NCBI RefSeq assembly: GCF_004010195.1
Contig: NC_057760.1
Span: 2,092,386 to 2,144,913 of the forward strand
DNA length: 52,528 bases
Source: Chiloscyllium plagiosum
Lineage: Eukaryota
Direction: 5' to 3'
The notes beneath the pieces are model-generated. The model ran no database searches and had not been told where the DNA came from. It worked only from the letters and a program-made list of their open reading frames with translations. Of this stretch, positions 22,916-35,799 are shown one piece after another. How positions within the stretch are numbered: position 1 is the stretch's first letter; each line of letters opens with the position of its first letter. Made by a program: the position numbers and the translations under genes.

Positions 22916-23589
22916 CAAACATTGACTCCTAAACAACTATGGTAAGCTCAAATGTAAATGCATTTCAGTTCCAGGACACTTACTCCCTACTTCATTCACC
23001 TTAAACTGACAGCATGCTTTTGGCCAGGGCAGAAACCATTCACTTTGCTCGAGAATTTGTGAATGATGAGACAGGTCTCAGGAAACTTTTAGCTTAAAAA
23101 ATTACACTATGGTAATCGCTTTATTCTCCAAACATTTTCCCTCCAATTAAACTAACATTTTGTTGACTCAGTGATGACAAGTTACTCATTCATACCCTCT
23201 CTGCAGGAGACAAGGTTGTGTTAAATACAAAAGATAAATTCTGTGTGCACTTGGTGCTCAAGTAATGTAGGTGTCAAATTGGTGTAATCCAAACAAGTGA
23301 GATTCCATGTAACATTACAATGCAAAATCCTGAATCAACTTTGTGAAATTCAACCTGGAAACTAGCAACAAAGAATTAGTAGGTCACTCTGCCCCTGGAA
23401 GCTGTTAGCCATTCACGAACGTCATGGCTGGTCTGACTGCTCCATATTCCTGCCCATCCTCTTAGTCAGTAAGAATCTACCCACCTCTGCTTTATAAGTG
23501 TTAAAAGACACTGCTCTCACTGCCTTTCAAGGAAGAGAGCTCCAAAGATATGACATTTTCTCTTCACCTATCCTAAACGGTTAAAGAAA

Positions 23590-23750
23590 ACCACACACCA
23601 GGTTATAATCCAACACCTGGACAAATACCTGATGAAGGAGCAGCGCTCCAAACGCTAGTGCTTCCAATTAAACCTGGTGGACTATAACCTGGTGTTGTGT
23701 GATTTTTAAACTTTGTACACCCCAGTCAGACACCGGCCTCTCCAAATCAT
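23590..23750 (+). mobile_element. Penelope-derived short element, family B, with a mutated hammerhead core
   Basis: ctgatgaaggagcagcgctcc-AAAC-gctagtg: GAAA is altered, and the family-B tail follows. Confidence 0.75.
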
Positions 23751-24399
23751 TCCTTTGCTTTTAAACAGTAACAGGTTTTCCTCTCGCCCTGCAAACCACA
23801 GATGTGCAGATACAAACTGCCCATTGGTAATCACACCAAAGTGACCTGCAAGCCTAGTGCCGCCTGGTTGCTTTAGCACAAAGCACATCTTTTCAGAACA
23901 ACCCTGCCTTGTACCAAAACCCAGAAATACACATACTCACTTTCTCACTGAAAGCAGATCAGGAGGAACTCCAGCTGAATTTTGTACTCCAAAGCATAGG
24001 TAGACAAAGATTAAATGTAACATGCATTGCTGTTCAAGGTGACACCCATTAACTCAATATAAAGATGGAATTCTGTATCTTGATGTGTATGGTCCAACCT
24101 CACACCAGCTGTGCATTTCTCAGACAGTGATAGTCAAGGGAAAGATGCTCACTTATCAGCTGTTACAAGCAAAACCTCAATCAGTTATCTAAAATACATG
24201 TAAAACAGAGGATTATTCTTCAATCAGCAACCCCTTTCTGCTATGTTTGCATTGTGAACAATTCTAGCTCAGCTCTAAAGGCCAGCTCTATTGCAACACT
24301 GAAAACTGCATCCCATTACTTTGCAAGGGTAATATTTTCTATCATAATGTATGCATTTATTGCAAATCAATGGTCAACAATCAAAACCCCAAATCAAAC

Positions 24400-25220
24400 A
24401 TACCAATTAGGAGAAACAGGTGATTTGGTCCCTGAAGCCTGTTCTGCCATTCAATAAGGTCAAACTGATTTGTTTGTGTTCCGAATGCCACATTTCCAAC
24501 CAGGATTCCAGATTGGATTTCTTAGGGACTGTCTTGTATGGATGACCCACGGAAACATACAAATTAAGAGCAAGAGACGGCCATTTGGCCCCACTCCATC
24601 ATGGCTCAGCTGTCAGCGGTGAATTCCACATCCCCACCCACCGTTCGATAACCCCCGATTTCCCTGCTTCACAAGAAACTATCCTTCTGTTGTAAGGATG
24701 TTCAACGACTCTGTCTCCACTGCCTTCTGAGGCAGAGTGTTCAACTGTTGCACAACCGGTCAAAGTCAAAAAAACCCTTCTACCCTGAAAGGGCGACCTC
24801 TAATTTTTTTTTACTTTTAAAAACATTGCACCCTAGTTCTGGATTCACCAACGAGAGAAAACAGCCTTTTTAAAATCTATCTTGTCAAGACTATAGCAGA
24901 ACTGATCATTTTCAATGTCACCCTTCACTCTTCTGACTCCACTGAAACAAACCCAATCTGTCCAATAAGCTGTTCCTGTTAAGATGACCTGCTGATTCCA
25001 GGTATCGATCTTATAAACCTCCTCTAAGCTGCCTCCAATGCATTAATGCTCACCCTTAAATAAGATGACCAAAGCTCCACACACATTTCTAGATGGGATC
25101 TCACCAATGCCCTATAAAAATAAAAGTGTTACATCCTTAATTTCATGTTCAATTCCTCTCATAAAGGATAGCATCCAATTAGCCTCCTTAATCACTTGCT
25201 GTACTAAATGAACTTTTTGT
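24400..25220 (-). mobile_element. Old CR1 3' fragments
   Basis: Degraded CR1 3' UTR and C-terminus, e.g. tccactgccttctgaggcagagtgttc and ctagttctggattc. Confidence 0.65.
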
Positions 25221-25597
25221 TAGTCACGGAGTAGAACACTTAGCAATGCAGTGGGTAAATGCAGCTTCAAGGCTTTAAGTTAAGCCGAATCAGATGTCAG
25301 CACTCAGTTAAGTTGGACAAAAATGAGGTGAAAATGCTGAGCACAGTCACAAAGATCTATCAGTACCTGTCGAATGATACCCTAAGGTACTGTCAGAACA
25401 AGAGAATGGCTCACCTATTAAAATAAGAGAGCTACTTACCACAGCACCTGAATTCTCATTGTAGGATAAAATTACTGCAGATGCTGGATTCTATATTGAA
25501 AACAACAAATGCTGGAGATCACAGTGGGTCAGGCAGTAGAGAGACACACACAGAGACCATTTTGAATCTAAATGACTCATCAGAGCTCTTGCTTGGT

Positions 25598-26940
25598 GCG
25601 AAATATGACACTGGTGGTGGGCAAGTTGTTGGAGGCAATCCTAAGGGATTTACATGTATTTGGGAAGGCAAGGACTGATTAGGGATAGTAAACATGATTT
25701 TGTGCGTGGGAATCATGTCTCACGAAGTTGATTGAGTTTTGTGAAGTAGTAACGATGAGGACTGATAAGGGCAGAGCAGTGGACATGACCTATATGGACT
25801 TCAGTAAGGGGTTCAACAAGGTCCTCATGGTAGACTGTTTAGCAAGGTTAGATCTCACGGAATACAGGGAGAACTAGCCATTTGGATACAGAACTGGCTC
25901 AAAGGTAGAAGACAGAAGGTGATGGTGGCGGGCTGCTTTTCAAATTGGAGGCCTGTAACCAGGAGTGTGCCGCAAGGATCAGTGCTGGGTCCACTGCTTT
26001 TCATCATTTATTTAAATGATTTGAATGTGAACTTAGGAGGTATAGTGAGTAGGTTTGCAGGTGACACCAAAATTGGAAGTGTAGTGGACAGTAAAGAAGG
26101 TTACCGCAGAGTACAAAGGGATCTTGATCAGATGGGCCAAAGGGTTGAGGAGTGGCAGATGGAGTTTGGGAAGCGCTGCATTTTGGGAAGGCAAATCAGA
26201 GCAGTACTTATACACTTAATGGCTAAACCCCTAGGGAGTGTGACTGAACAAAAAGAGCTTGGAGTGCAGGTACATAGCTCCTTTAAAGTAGAGTTGTAGT
26301 TAGACAGGATAACAAAGGTGGTTTTTGGTATGCTTTCTTTTATTGGTCAGAGCATTGATTATAGTAGCTTGGAGGTCATGTTGCCACTGTACAGGACATT
26401 AGTTAGGCCACTTTTGGAATAGTGTGCACAGTTCTGGTCTCCCTCCTATTGGAAGGATGTTGTGAAAGTTGAAAGGGTTCAGGAAAGATTTCCATGTATG
26501 TTGCCAGGGTTGAAGGATTTGATCTATAGGGAGAGGCTGAATAGGCTATGGTTGTTTTCCCTGGAGTGTTGGAGGCTGAGGGGTGACCTTATAGAGGTTT
26601 ACAAAATCATGAGGGGCATGGATACGGTAAATAGTCAAGGTCTTTTCCCTGGGATGGGGGAGTCCAGAACTAGAGGGCATAGGTTTAGGGCAACTGGTGA
26701 AAAATTTAAAAGAGTCCTAAGGGACAACCTTTTCACACAAAAAATGGAATGAGAAAGTGGTGGAGGCTGGTATAATTACAACAAATAAGAGGTATCAGGA
26801 TGGGTATATGAATAGGAAGAGTTTAGAGAGAGATAAGCCAAATGCTGGCAAATGGCAATAGATTGGGTTGGGATATCTGGTCGGCATGGACGAGTTGGAC
26901 TGAAGGGTCTGTTTCTGTGCTGTATAACTCTATGACTATG
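25598..26940 (+). mobile_element. CR1/HER1 LINE RT and 3' end
   Basis: [41 protein letters not shown], and tail ctctatgactatga. Confidence 0.93.
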
Positions 26941-27644
26941 AATTTTTGCTCTTGACAACTGAACTTTAGGGCATGTATGGGAAAAAAGTACATTTGCATT
27001 TCAAAAATTTAACTACTTCATGCTACCAAGGATTTTAAGAAACAATATGCTTTGTTGCATTGGTGAACAGCTTACTTGCCATAAAGAAATTACTTCTGTT
27101 GTATGAAAACAACAGTTAAATTTTTCATGCTGAGCAATGCACTTGCGTGTTATCTGAATTCAATTTCAACCTTCTTATTTCATACACTGCAAAGGTTTCA
27201 AGGGGTAGACTGCACAATTGTAGTTCTCAAAGGTGACAGATCTGGACCATTAGCTTTATTTTCTACAGTTCAACCAGTTAAGTATGTTCAGCAGTTTCAG
27301 AATTTCCAACAAGCATAGTCTTTTGCTTTATTTGAACAAATGTAGAACAGAAGTGGATGTACGTTCAATGCCATTTAGTTAGGGCACAGTCAAAATACTG
27401 CCTGCAGATCTGGTCACTATAGGAAGGATATGATTGCACTGGAGAGGGTGCAGAGGAGATTCACCGGGAAGTTGCTCGGGCTCAGCAATTTCAGCTCCAC
27501 AGAGGCTAGGGTTACTTTTCAGGGGCATAGATTTAAAGTAAAGGAAAACAGGATTAGATGGAATTTCGAGGAAGAGGTTTTTCATGCAGAGGGTGGAGCA
27601 TGTCTGGTCGAGATGAGAACCATAAAACGTATAAGGGGTATTTA

Positions 27645-27792
27645 GATAAAGTCAGAAGTCACAACACCAAGTTAAAATCCAGAGTTATTTAAAATCAGAG
27701 GCTTTCGGAGCGCTGCTCCTTCTTCAGGTGAAGATATTAGCTGTGTAGTGTAACTTCTGACTTTGTCTATCCCAGACCAACACTGGCACCAC
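27645..27792. mobile_element. Penelope-derived palindromic element (family B variant)
   Basis: Arms aaagtcagaagt / acttctgacttt. Minus-strand core ctgaagaaggagcagcgctccgaaagc. Confidence 0.65.
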
Positions 27793-27799
27793 ATAGAGA

Positions 27800-28175
27800 A
27801 GTCATAGAATCATACAATATGGAAACAGACCCTGGAGTCCAACCAGTCCATGCCAAACATATTCCCACCTGCTTGCTCCCAGCCCATATCCCTCCAAACC
27901 CCTCCCATTCCTGTACCCATCCAAATGCCTTCTAAAGTTGTAATTATGCCCACTTCCACCACTTCCTCACGTAATTCACTCCACATTCAAACCACCCTGT
28001 GGAAAAGATATACTCTTCACGTCCATTGTAAATCTTTCTCCTCTCACCCTAAACATTTGCCCCCTTGCCTTGAAATCCCTCATCCTAGGGAAAGATACCT
28101 ACCATTCACCCTATCTATACTCATGATACCTCTACAAAGTCACTTCCCATCCTCCAGTGAAAGAAGTTCCAGCCA
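27800..28175 (-). mobile_element. CR1 3' fragment
   Basis: CR1 3' UTR catagaatcatac...ggaaacagacc and C-terminal remnants. A similar copy lies at 30475-30665. Confidence 0.75.
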
Positions 28176-28186
28176 TGAGTATTTAG

Positions 28187-28403
28187 TTAAAAATCTCACA
28201 ACACCAAGTTTTGGTCCAACCGGTTTAATTGGAAGCACTAGCTTTCGGAGCGCTGCTCCTTCATCAGGTGGTTGTGGACAACCAGCTGAAGGAGCAGTGC
28301 TCTGAAAGCTAGTGCTTCCAATTACACGGGTTGGACCAAAACCTGGTGTTGTGAGATTTTTAACTTTGTACACCCCAGTCCAACATTGACATCTCCAAAT
28401 CAG
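28187..28403. mobile_element. Palindromic Penelope-derived element (family B) with TSD and hammerhead core
   Basis: Long inverted arms 28186-28263 and about 28287-28364, with a ~37-bp unpaired tail. TSD gagtatttag at 28177-28186 and 28404-28413. Confidence 0.85.
28236..28270 (-). ncRNA. Minimal type I hammerhead ribozyme motif (intact core)
   Basis: Minus strand: CAC CTGATGA A GGAGC-AGC-GCTCC GAAAG CTA^GTG. Stem I is CAC/GTG, and palindromic AGCT sits in the stem III position. Confidence 0.7.
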
Positions 28404-29101
28404 GAGTATTTAGATGACCATTTAAACCACGATAGGCTATAAGGCCAAATGCAGAAAAATGGGTCTCGTGTAGATAGGTGCTAATGAGTGACAAGTACAT
28501 GATGGGCCAAAGGGCCTCTTTCACTGTTGTAAATTCTGAAACTATGAATGTTACTTTAACAAATAAATGAAGAAAACAGAGCCTACAAGAAACTAGCCAA
28601 CAGATGCATGTCACTTTGTCACATTTAACTAAAACTCTCATGAAAGAAATGCCCAACCAACATACACCTTACCGATCACAAGTACCTTTTAAATCAACTC
28701 TTAAGATCTCTATCAATGTGTCCAGGTGAAGCAAATGAGTATTTTGTTTCATGAGGGATTTTAACATCTAACCTACTCTTATTTCAGGCAATTCTGGCCT
28801 CACCCAATATTTACAACTAAATGAAGAGGTATGAAAGGAGTAAGAAACCAGGCTGATCTTTCCCCTTCTTGATGCATGGCACCAGATAACAGTGATAGAT
28901 CTAAGTGCAATAAAGGTGTGCAATGTGCACCGCCATTGGTAAAATAGAGGTAGATGGATTTGGGTTTCGGTTCTATGAGTGTAAACGCTTTGCTTCAAAA
29001 AAAATTTAGAAAGTCATTTGGAACAGTAATCTAAGTACATAAATGCCAAGAAAGCATTACATTCAGTTCTGTGCCTCGCTGGATAGTGTTAGTTGATAAA
29101 T

Positions 29102-29706
29102 TGTTAAGACTGCTGAGTTTACAACATTCCGATAAAATAGAGCAGGGGCCATTAGTTTAGTTTGACTTCAGTTTTAGTAGAATCGAGAAGAAACAAGTGT
29201 TCAGTTCTGATGAACTGGTTTAGTTTCTGAAGTCTCCAAGCTGTGAGAAGTTGTGTAGAAGTTTTCAAGCTGACAGAACATTAAAGTAGTTTAGGCCTTC
29301 AGAGCTGGAAAGAAGTTAAAAAACTGTTACAGCAGTCTGAAAGGACAAGTAGAAAGAGTCAGTTAAGTGAGAAGTTTAAGAATTGCAATAGGAGTACTAT
29401 TTCTCTGGGATTGAGTATCTATAAAAGGCCATTGCTGGGAAGCAACTGAAGCCATTTTACTAATTATGGTTGGATCTTTTTAAACAGTGTTATACATAGC
29501 TTTGCAATGTTTTCTTTAGTGTAATAAACTTGTGTTCTGGTGTTAGAAAACACTGACACCTTAAATATGTAGATATTTGGGTAAATACGTTCAGCAACAA
29601 ACCATCACAGTAAATATCTGCAAAAATTAAAACTTATAGTCCATCAAGCCAGGTTTCATTCTGGGATCTGACTTGTCCAGTAATCCCATCAGCTGGAGTC
29701 AGAATA
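29102..29706 (+). mobile_element. Possible degraded solo LTR (Gypsy-type)
   Basis: Starts tgttaagac. TATAAAA at about 29420, AATAAA at about 29523, and an LTR-like end gggatctgacttgtccagta...cagctggagtcagaata. No TSD seen. Confidence 0.5.
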
Positions 29707-30776
29707 CAAGCAAACACACAAATTCATTGCAATATACAGACTGTGAAAATGAATTCTCATGAAAGTAGAGAAGCTGAAATATTGCCATACATAATATGTG
29801 CAGTTTGTCATAGAAGGCTGTGCAATTAATATTCACATTTTACTGTCAATTTAATTTGAATTAAAAGATTCCTAAATATAATATGAAATGTGTTTTGGTT
29901 AACATTTGGCCCATCTAACTGGCAAATAAAATGGTTCAATGCTGACAAAGGTAACAGAATGTGCTTTTTTCCTATGTAGTGCACTGCTCTGATGATTGGT
30001 TAGAACTTGTACCCTGCAACCTGCGTTTCACATTATAGAGTTTAAGCCCTTGAAACACATCCTAAAGCATTCCAACCTATTAGTATTTGCAACAGAATTT
30101 GGTAAACTTGGGTGGAGGGGAGAAAATGGAGGGGGAGCTCGGAGGGGAGAAGTCAACAGATACACCAAGTATCAAGATGCCGCCATCAGGTTAAAAAGCC
30201 AACAAGCTATTCAATATAAATCAGTTAGATAACAGCTAAGGTCATCATAACCAGGCTTTTCTTTCTGTTAACACTAACCAGTCCATTTCCAGGATTTCTT
30301 GCCTTTAAGAAAGAATGCTTTCCGCTTACTTACAACTGCCACAGGCTGTGAGAGAAGTGCACAGGAGGTCCAATGCGAACATGTTCTAAAAACACAAGTC
30401 TGGTGCACAATGTTGGTACAAATCTGAGTTGTTTAAAACTATTAAAACAAGCTGAAATATTGATAACACTAGAACATAGAGTCAAATAACATGGAAACAG
30501 ACCCTTCAGTCCAACCAGTCCTTGCCAAACAAAATCTCAAATTAAACTAGTTCCACATGCCTGCTCCTGGCCCATATCCCTCCAAACCTTTTCTACTCAT
30601 GTGTTTATCCAAATGTCTTTTAAACTTAGTAACTGTACCTCAGGAAGTTCATCCCACACCCGATCATGAATTCTCTGGATGCAAAACTAAAACTCACTGG
30701 AGTGCGATTCTGCAAACGCCATAAAATTTCTCACTGTTTCCCACAAATATCGGTTCGGTTGACCAAGAAATTACAG

Positions 30777-30982
30777 CGAGGAGAAAGTGAGGGCTGCAGA
30801 TGCTGGAGATCAGAGCTGAAAATGTGTTGCTGGAAAAGCGCAGCAGGTCAGGCAGCATCCAAGGAACAGGAGAATCGACATTTCGGGCATATTTCTGAAG
30901 AAGGGCTTATGCCCGAAACGTCGATTCTCCTGTTCCTTGGATGCTGCCTGACCTGCTGCGCTTTTCCAGCAACACATTTCAG
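30777..30982. mobile_element. Young palindromic Penelope pLTR-only element with a 13-bp TSD and hammerhead core (30895-30922, +)
   Basis: Two inverted pLTR ends nearly identical to those at 12256-13005. TSD caagaaattacag at 30764-30776 and 30983-30995. Confidence 0.9.
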
Positions 30983-31429
30983 CAAGAAATTACAGGAACA
31001 ATTTCAAGTTGTCCCTTTTCCACAATAAAACTATTTATCTTTGCTAACAGATTCCACAGGGATGTTCTAGCATAAGGTAGTTATCGGATCTTGTTATTCA
31101 ATTTCCTCTGCCTGCCCGTCTATGACTGGCAAACTTGTCTCCCTCCCTAGTCTCTTGTCTCTTTGGCCCAGAGCTCTTTTATTCTTGCCCATGGCCCAAA
31201 ATTACTCAATTCTTTCCTCAGTCTACAAGTTTCTAACAATCAGGCTTAGCATCACCTAATGACTAAATCCAGATTGTCGATTGGCGTTCCACACAATAGC
31301 TTTCTCCATATTCCACTATTTCAAAAGTAAGAATCAAACAGATATAAAATAGCAACCCATACCACTCAAAATTAATCTTATTTGGCAACTGTGATCTGAA
31401 GGTACTGCATGGATGAATGATATCAAAAT

Positions 31430-31620
31430 TAAAAAATGAACTGCAGATAATGGAAATCAAAAGCACAACAAGAAATTTTCTGGAAAAGCTCAACAGATCT
31501 AGCAGCATCTGTGGAAAGAAAGCAATGTTAATGTTTCTGATGGAGGATCACGGGACCCAAAACTTTGCTTTCTCTCTACAGATGCTGTCAGACTGAGTTT
31601 TTCCAGCAATTTCGGTTTGA
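31430..31620. mobile_element. Older MER6/Penelope-pLTR-like palindromic element; further copies at about 4630-4720, 25470-25590, 35441-35567, 45030-45185, 48290-48470, 49040-49130 and 51640-51850
   Basis: Arms ctggaaaagctcaacagatctagcagcatctgtgga / acagatgctg..agac(ctg)ctgag.tttccagca around a degenerate ctgatg/ctgaaga...gaaa centre. Confidence 0.7.
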
Positions 31621-33989
31621 ATATCAAATTCAAGGTCTTCTAAAACTGGTACAAAGACTTAGATAATTACACCATCCAGTGGCAAACAAAGCCATATAAA
31701 GCAATGGATTACTGACATACTTATGCCAATCACCTTGCAAGTTATGTAGAATTTCTTTAATATAGAATGGAGGGGGAATGTTTAAGGTTGAGGAGTGCTT
31801 GCAAGTTTCTGACTTCCTCCCTCTCCTTCTGAAACCAAGATCCGAGAGCCACGAGAAATCTTTTCTTCATGGAATTACTAAACAAAAATTTATTTAAAAA
31901 TCTTCAAAGACTTGAAAGAAAGTCCTGCATTTACATAGCATCCTTTCACAAGCAAGGGAGTCAATTGGTTTGTGATGCAGAGTGGTTCAATTCCCTCACC
32001 AAGGCTGAGGTTACATGAAGGACTCTCCTTTTCAACCTCTCCTCTCACCTGAGGTATGATGAGCCTCGGGTTAAACCACCACCACCAGTTGTCTCTCTTG
32101 AATGAGAAAGCAGTTCAGTGGACAGGTAGGAATATGGTGGCCTTATCTTTTCCATTCAGTGGAAATGTTTTGAAGTGTTTTTCAGTCAATGAGGTACGCT
32201 TACATGGTGCAAAGAAAGATCTTCACTAATTTATAACTCACTCAACAAAAAGCAAATTTGAATCTACACAACACTTATTCAAATCTCAGAAATATTACAA
32301 AGTACTTGGCGCCCAACAAACTACTCCGAAATGCAGTATCCGTTGCTACGTAGGAAAATAGGCAGCTTGGTTTAAAACGAGATCTCACAAACAACAGGAA
32401 GAGGGACAAACTCGTTGGTTTTTAGTTGAAAGAAAATAGAGTAATTGGATAAGAATTACAAGGTGGAGACAATTTAGCCCTCAAGCCTACTCCACTATTC
32501 CATTCAACAGTGGCTGATCTCAACTTGGCCTCAACTCCACTTTCCTGCACATTCTCCATAATCCTTCAACCCATTACTCATCAAAAATCTCTCTCCTCAA
32601 ATTCACTCAGTGTCCCAGCAACCACCACACGCTGGGGGTAGCACATTTCACAGATTCGCAACACTTACAAAGAAGCAATTTCACTTCATGTGTTTTAAAT
32701 CTGCTAGCCCTTAGCCTGAAACCATGACTCTCACTCTTAAATGCCCACAAGGGACAACATCCACTTAACATCTACTTTGTTAATCGCTCAACTGGATACC
32801 TTCTCATTCTTTGAAACTCCAGACAGTATAGGCTTAAAGTGCTCAACCGCTCAATACACAAGCCCATCATCTTTGGAGTCCATGTTTTGAACCTCACTGA
32901 AGTACCTCCAGTATAACCGCATCCCTGATATGGGAAGAACGCTCTGTCCTGCTCTAAATATTGCTATGGATTCCACATGAACCAGCACAGCAGGGGCATC
33001 TAATCGGATACTTCAATACTTCCTTGGTATTATACTAGAATCTCAGCCCAGAATGAGTACACTCCAGTCTTCAAGTGAGACTTAAGACGTCAATCGTTTG
33101 AATCGTTTTAAACTTTTCAACATAGCTTTATGCTGTCATACTCGGCTGTTTCCCATTTTAAGACCTGGAAATTGCTCAACAAATCACAACTATTGATGTA
33201 CGTGAGAAGGTTCTGAAAAGAAAATAAAAGCAATACCTCAAAGGAGGTTAAGATATTCACTGTAGGGCTGAGCTTCATTTGTAATATCTTAAATAAACCA
33301 ATCTGTACGATTTTGCAGCATGGCCAGCCAGCATTCAAACTTGCAATGACAAGTGGCTGGTAAGAATCCACAAGAATAAGTGCCAGGCAATGACCATTTC
33401 CAAACAGAGAAAGTCTAAACACCTCATCTTGACACAATTGTATTAAAACCGCTGAATGCCCCCACCAAACTTACTGTGGATTACCAGTGACCAGATACCA
33501 AAGTGAACCACTTTTGTAAATATTGTGGCTACAACAGCAGATTAGAGGCTGGGTGCTCAGTGGCAAGTGTCTCACCTCCTAACCCACCTTTCAACCATTT
33601 ACCAAACAGGAGTGTGATAGAACACTGTTCACTTGCTTGGACGAGTGCAGCTCCAAAACACTTGAGAGATTTAACATGATCCAAGGAAAGCTCCAGCAAC
33701 ACCATACTTAAAGGTGTTCTTTCATTCAATTCCTACTACTTTAGTTTAAAACTAAAAACAAAAAGCCCTGACATGGCACTCTTCTTCAAACACAGCACCA
33801 TCGTCTGTTCAAATCATGTTTTCTCATTCCAGATTTCCATTACTTCTTTTTCCACAACAGGGGAAAACGTACTCTGGGTAACCCATCATACAGTTATCCT
33901 AGATTCAATTCTACACATTACAGGACCCATTTTTGTTTCTTTAACAGAACGATAAACATACCCAAACAACACTATTCATACATACTAAA

Positions 33990-34960
33990 ATTGTTCAAAT
34001 TAGGTTAGTTTGCCCACAAAGTCTCTTGTCTTCTCTGACGTGTCAGAGATATATGGATCCATCTACAGTGATCCGAAGCACTGCCAGATATCTCAGGGAG
34101 TACTGAATCCCAAGCTCCCTCAGTCTTCTCTTGACACCGTCGTAAGGTTTTTGTTTCTGGATCACCGCTGCTGAGAACACCTGAAAAAAAATATGATCTT
34201 ACAGCCCTCATAAATTAGGGCCTTCAGATCCTTCCCCTGGATTCTGGAAGCCTCCATGACTCTCTCCTTATCCCGGTAATGACGAAACCTCACCTGGAGA
34301 GGACGAGGACGTTGACCCAGACCCGATCTCCGCGCTGTGAACTGGTGAGCCCTCTCTAACTTCTATCCTCTCATGCCAGCCTCCCAGTCAAGAAACTTCA
34401 GAAGCCAATCCTCAACAAATTCCGCAGGCCACTCACCTTCCTTACCCTCAGATGATCTGAATGTTTTTTTCTCCTGCCCCTGTTCTCAAGATCGTCCACT
34501 TGGTCACGCAAATTATGGACCTGCGTCTCCAGGACTTGGATCTTATCCTTTGATAAACTGGCATCAGCTTCTACCACTGTGGCCCTGTACTCCATCTCTT
34601 CCGTCCTCTTCTCTCGGTCTTCCAGCTGTTGCTCATGCTTCTGCAGCACGAGAGAGATAGGAGGCAGCTTCTCTTCAATCTGTTTTCTTAACATCTCACG
34701 AGATTTCAAAAGATTTCAAGAGCTGGTTCACCAGGGCCTGGAGAGTATTCGACTCTGAGGCTGCTGCAGGCTCAACTGCAGACCTGACCTCGGATGCTCC
34801 TCCTCCATTTTTAGGCATCTCTGGACAGCTGAAAACACCGCTAAGTAAGTTTCTTGGGACTCCACAATCACGCTGGAGTCTCAAGAAGTCACGATGGCCT
34901 GGGTTGGGCGGGTTAAAGGATCGTCCTGCTTGTGCTGTGATGCGAAGCTCTGCAGTGCGA
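33990..34960 (-). mobile_element. L1/Tx1-clade LINE ORF1 remnant
   Basis: Coiled coil followed by LRDQVDDLENRGRRK, the L1 ORF1p motif, with frameshifts. Confidence 0.8.
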
Positions 34961-34996
34961 TCTTAGATTCCCCCACGGCCCATCTTTGTACTGTGG

Positions 34997-35096
34997 GAGG
35001 AAACTCCACACAGACAGCCGCCAGTGGATAAATCAAACCCAGGTCCCTGGTGCTGAGAGGCAGTAGTCCTAACCACTGAGCCACCATGCTGCCCCA
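34997..35096 (-). mobile_element. HE1 SINE 5' part
   Basis: Reverse complement of ggggcagcatggtggctcagtggttagg...ccagggacctgggttt. Confidence 0.75.
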
Positions 35097-35799
35097 ATCT
35101 TGATCACTACACAATTACTGGTCACCAAAGTCCCAGTGAACCACAGGGTTACTCGCTCATTAAAGAGACACATGTGATGGTGAGCTTAACCTGAGGGTCA
35201 CCACACCTCAGAAGAGGTTGAGAAGACAGGGCCTTCGTGGAGACCACAGCCAGGGTGGAATTGAGCCTGCGGTATTGGTATTACGCTGCATGGCAAACCA
35301 ACCGTCAAGTCACTTGAACTGACTGACCCCTAACTAATTAGCCACATTTCAAAGTATCCTATGCAGATGTCAGTGAAGACAGATCCAAACTTAGCTTCTG
35401 CATCTCCCAAACAAGAAACCTGGCTGACAGAGTGTACGATATCCTGAGGAAGGGCTTATGCCTGACACGTTGATTGTCCTGCTCCTCGGATGCTGCCTGA
35501 CCTGCTGTGCTTTTCCAGTGCCAAACTTTTCAACTCTGATTTCCAGCATTTGCAGTCCTCACTTTTTCCAGAGTGCAAGATAGGAGCTGCATCACGACTG
35601 GTACCTATATCAGAATCAAAAAACGTGGACCACATCGACCAAAAAAAAAAGTCAAGCTGGTTGTGTTTTTTAATTTCAAAGAATGCACATTGCCCCATAA
35701 ATGTACCACAATACAAAAAGCCACACAGAATCAAACCTAACAACCTCGGGCACCATCATTATTAACCTTGAAAAATGAAAGAGAAGAGAAGAACATTAA

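Noticed and set aside
23629..23660. Active hammerhead ribozyme
   Set aside because: The essential GAAA is mutated to AAAC. The copy at 35444-35470 is likewise degenerate.
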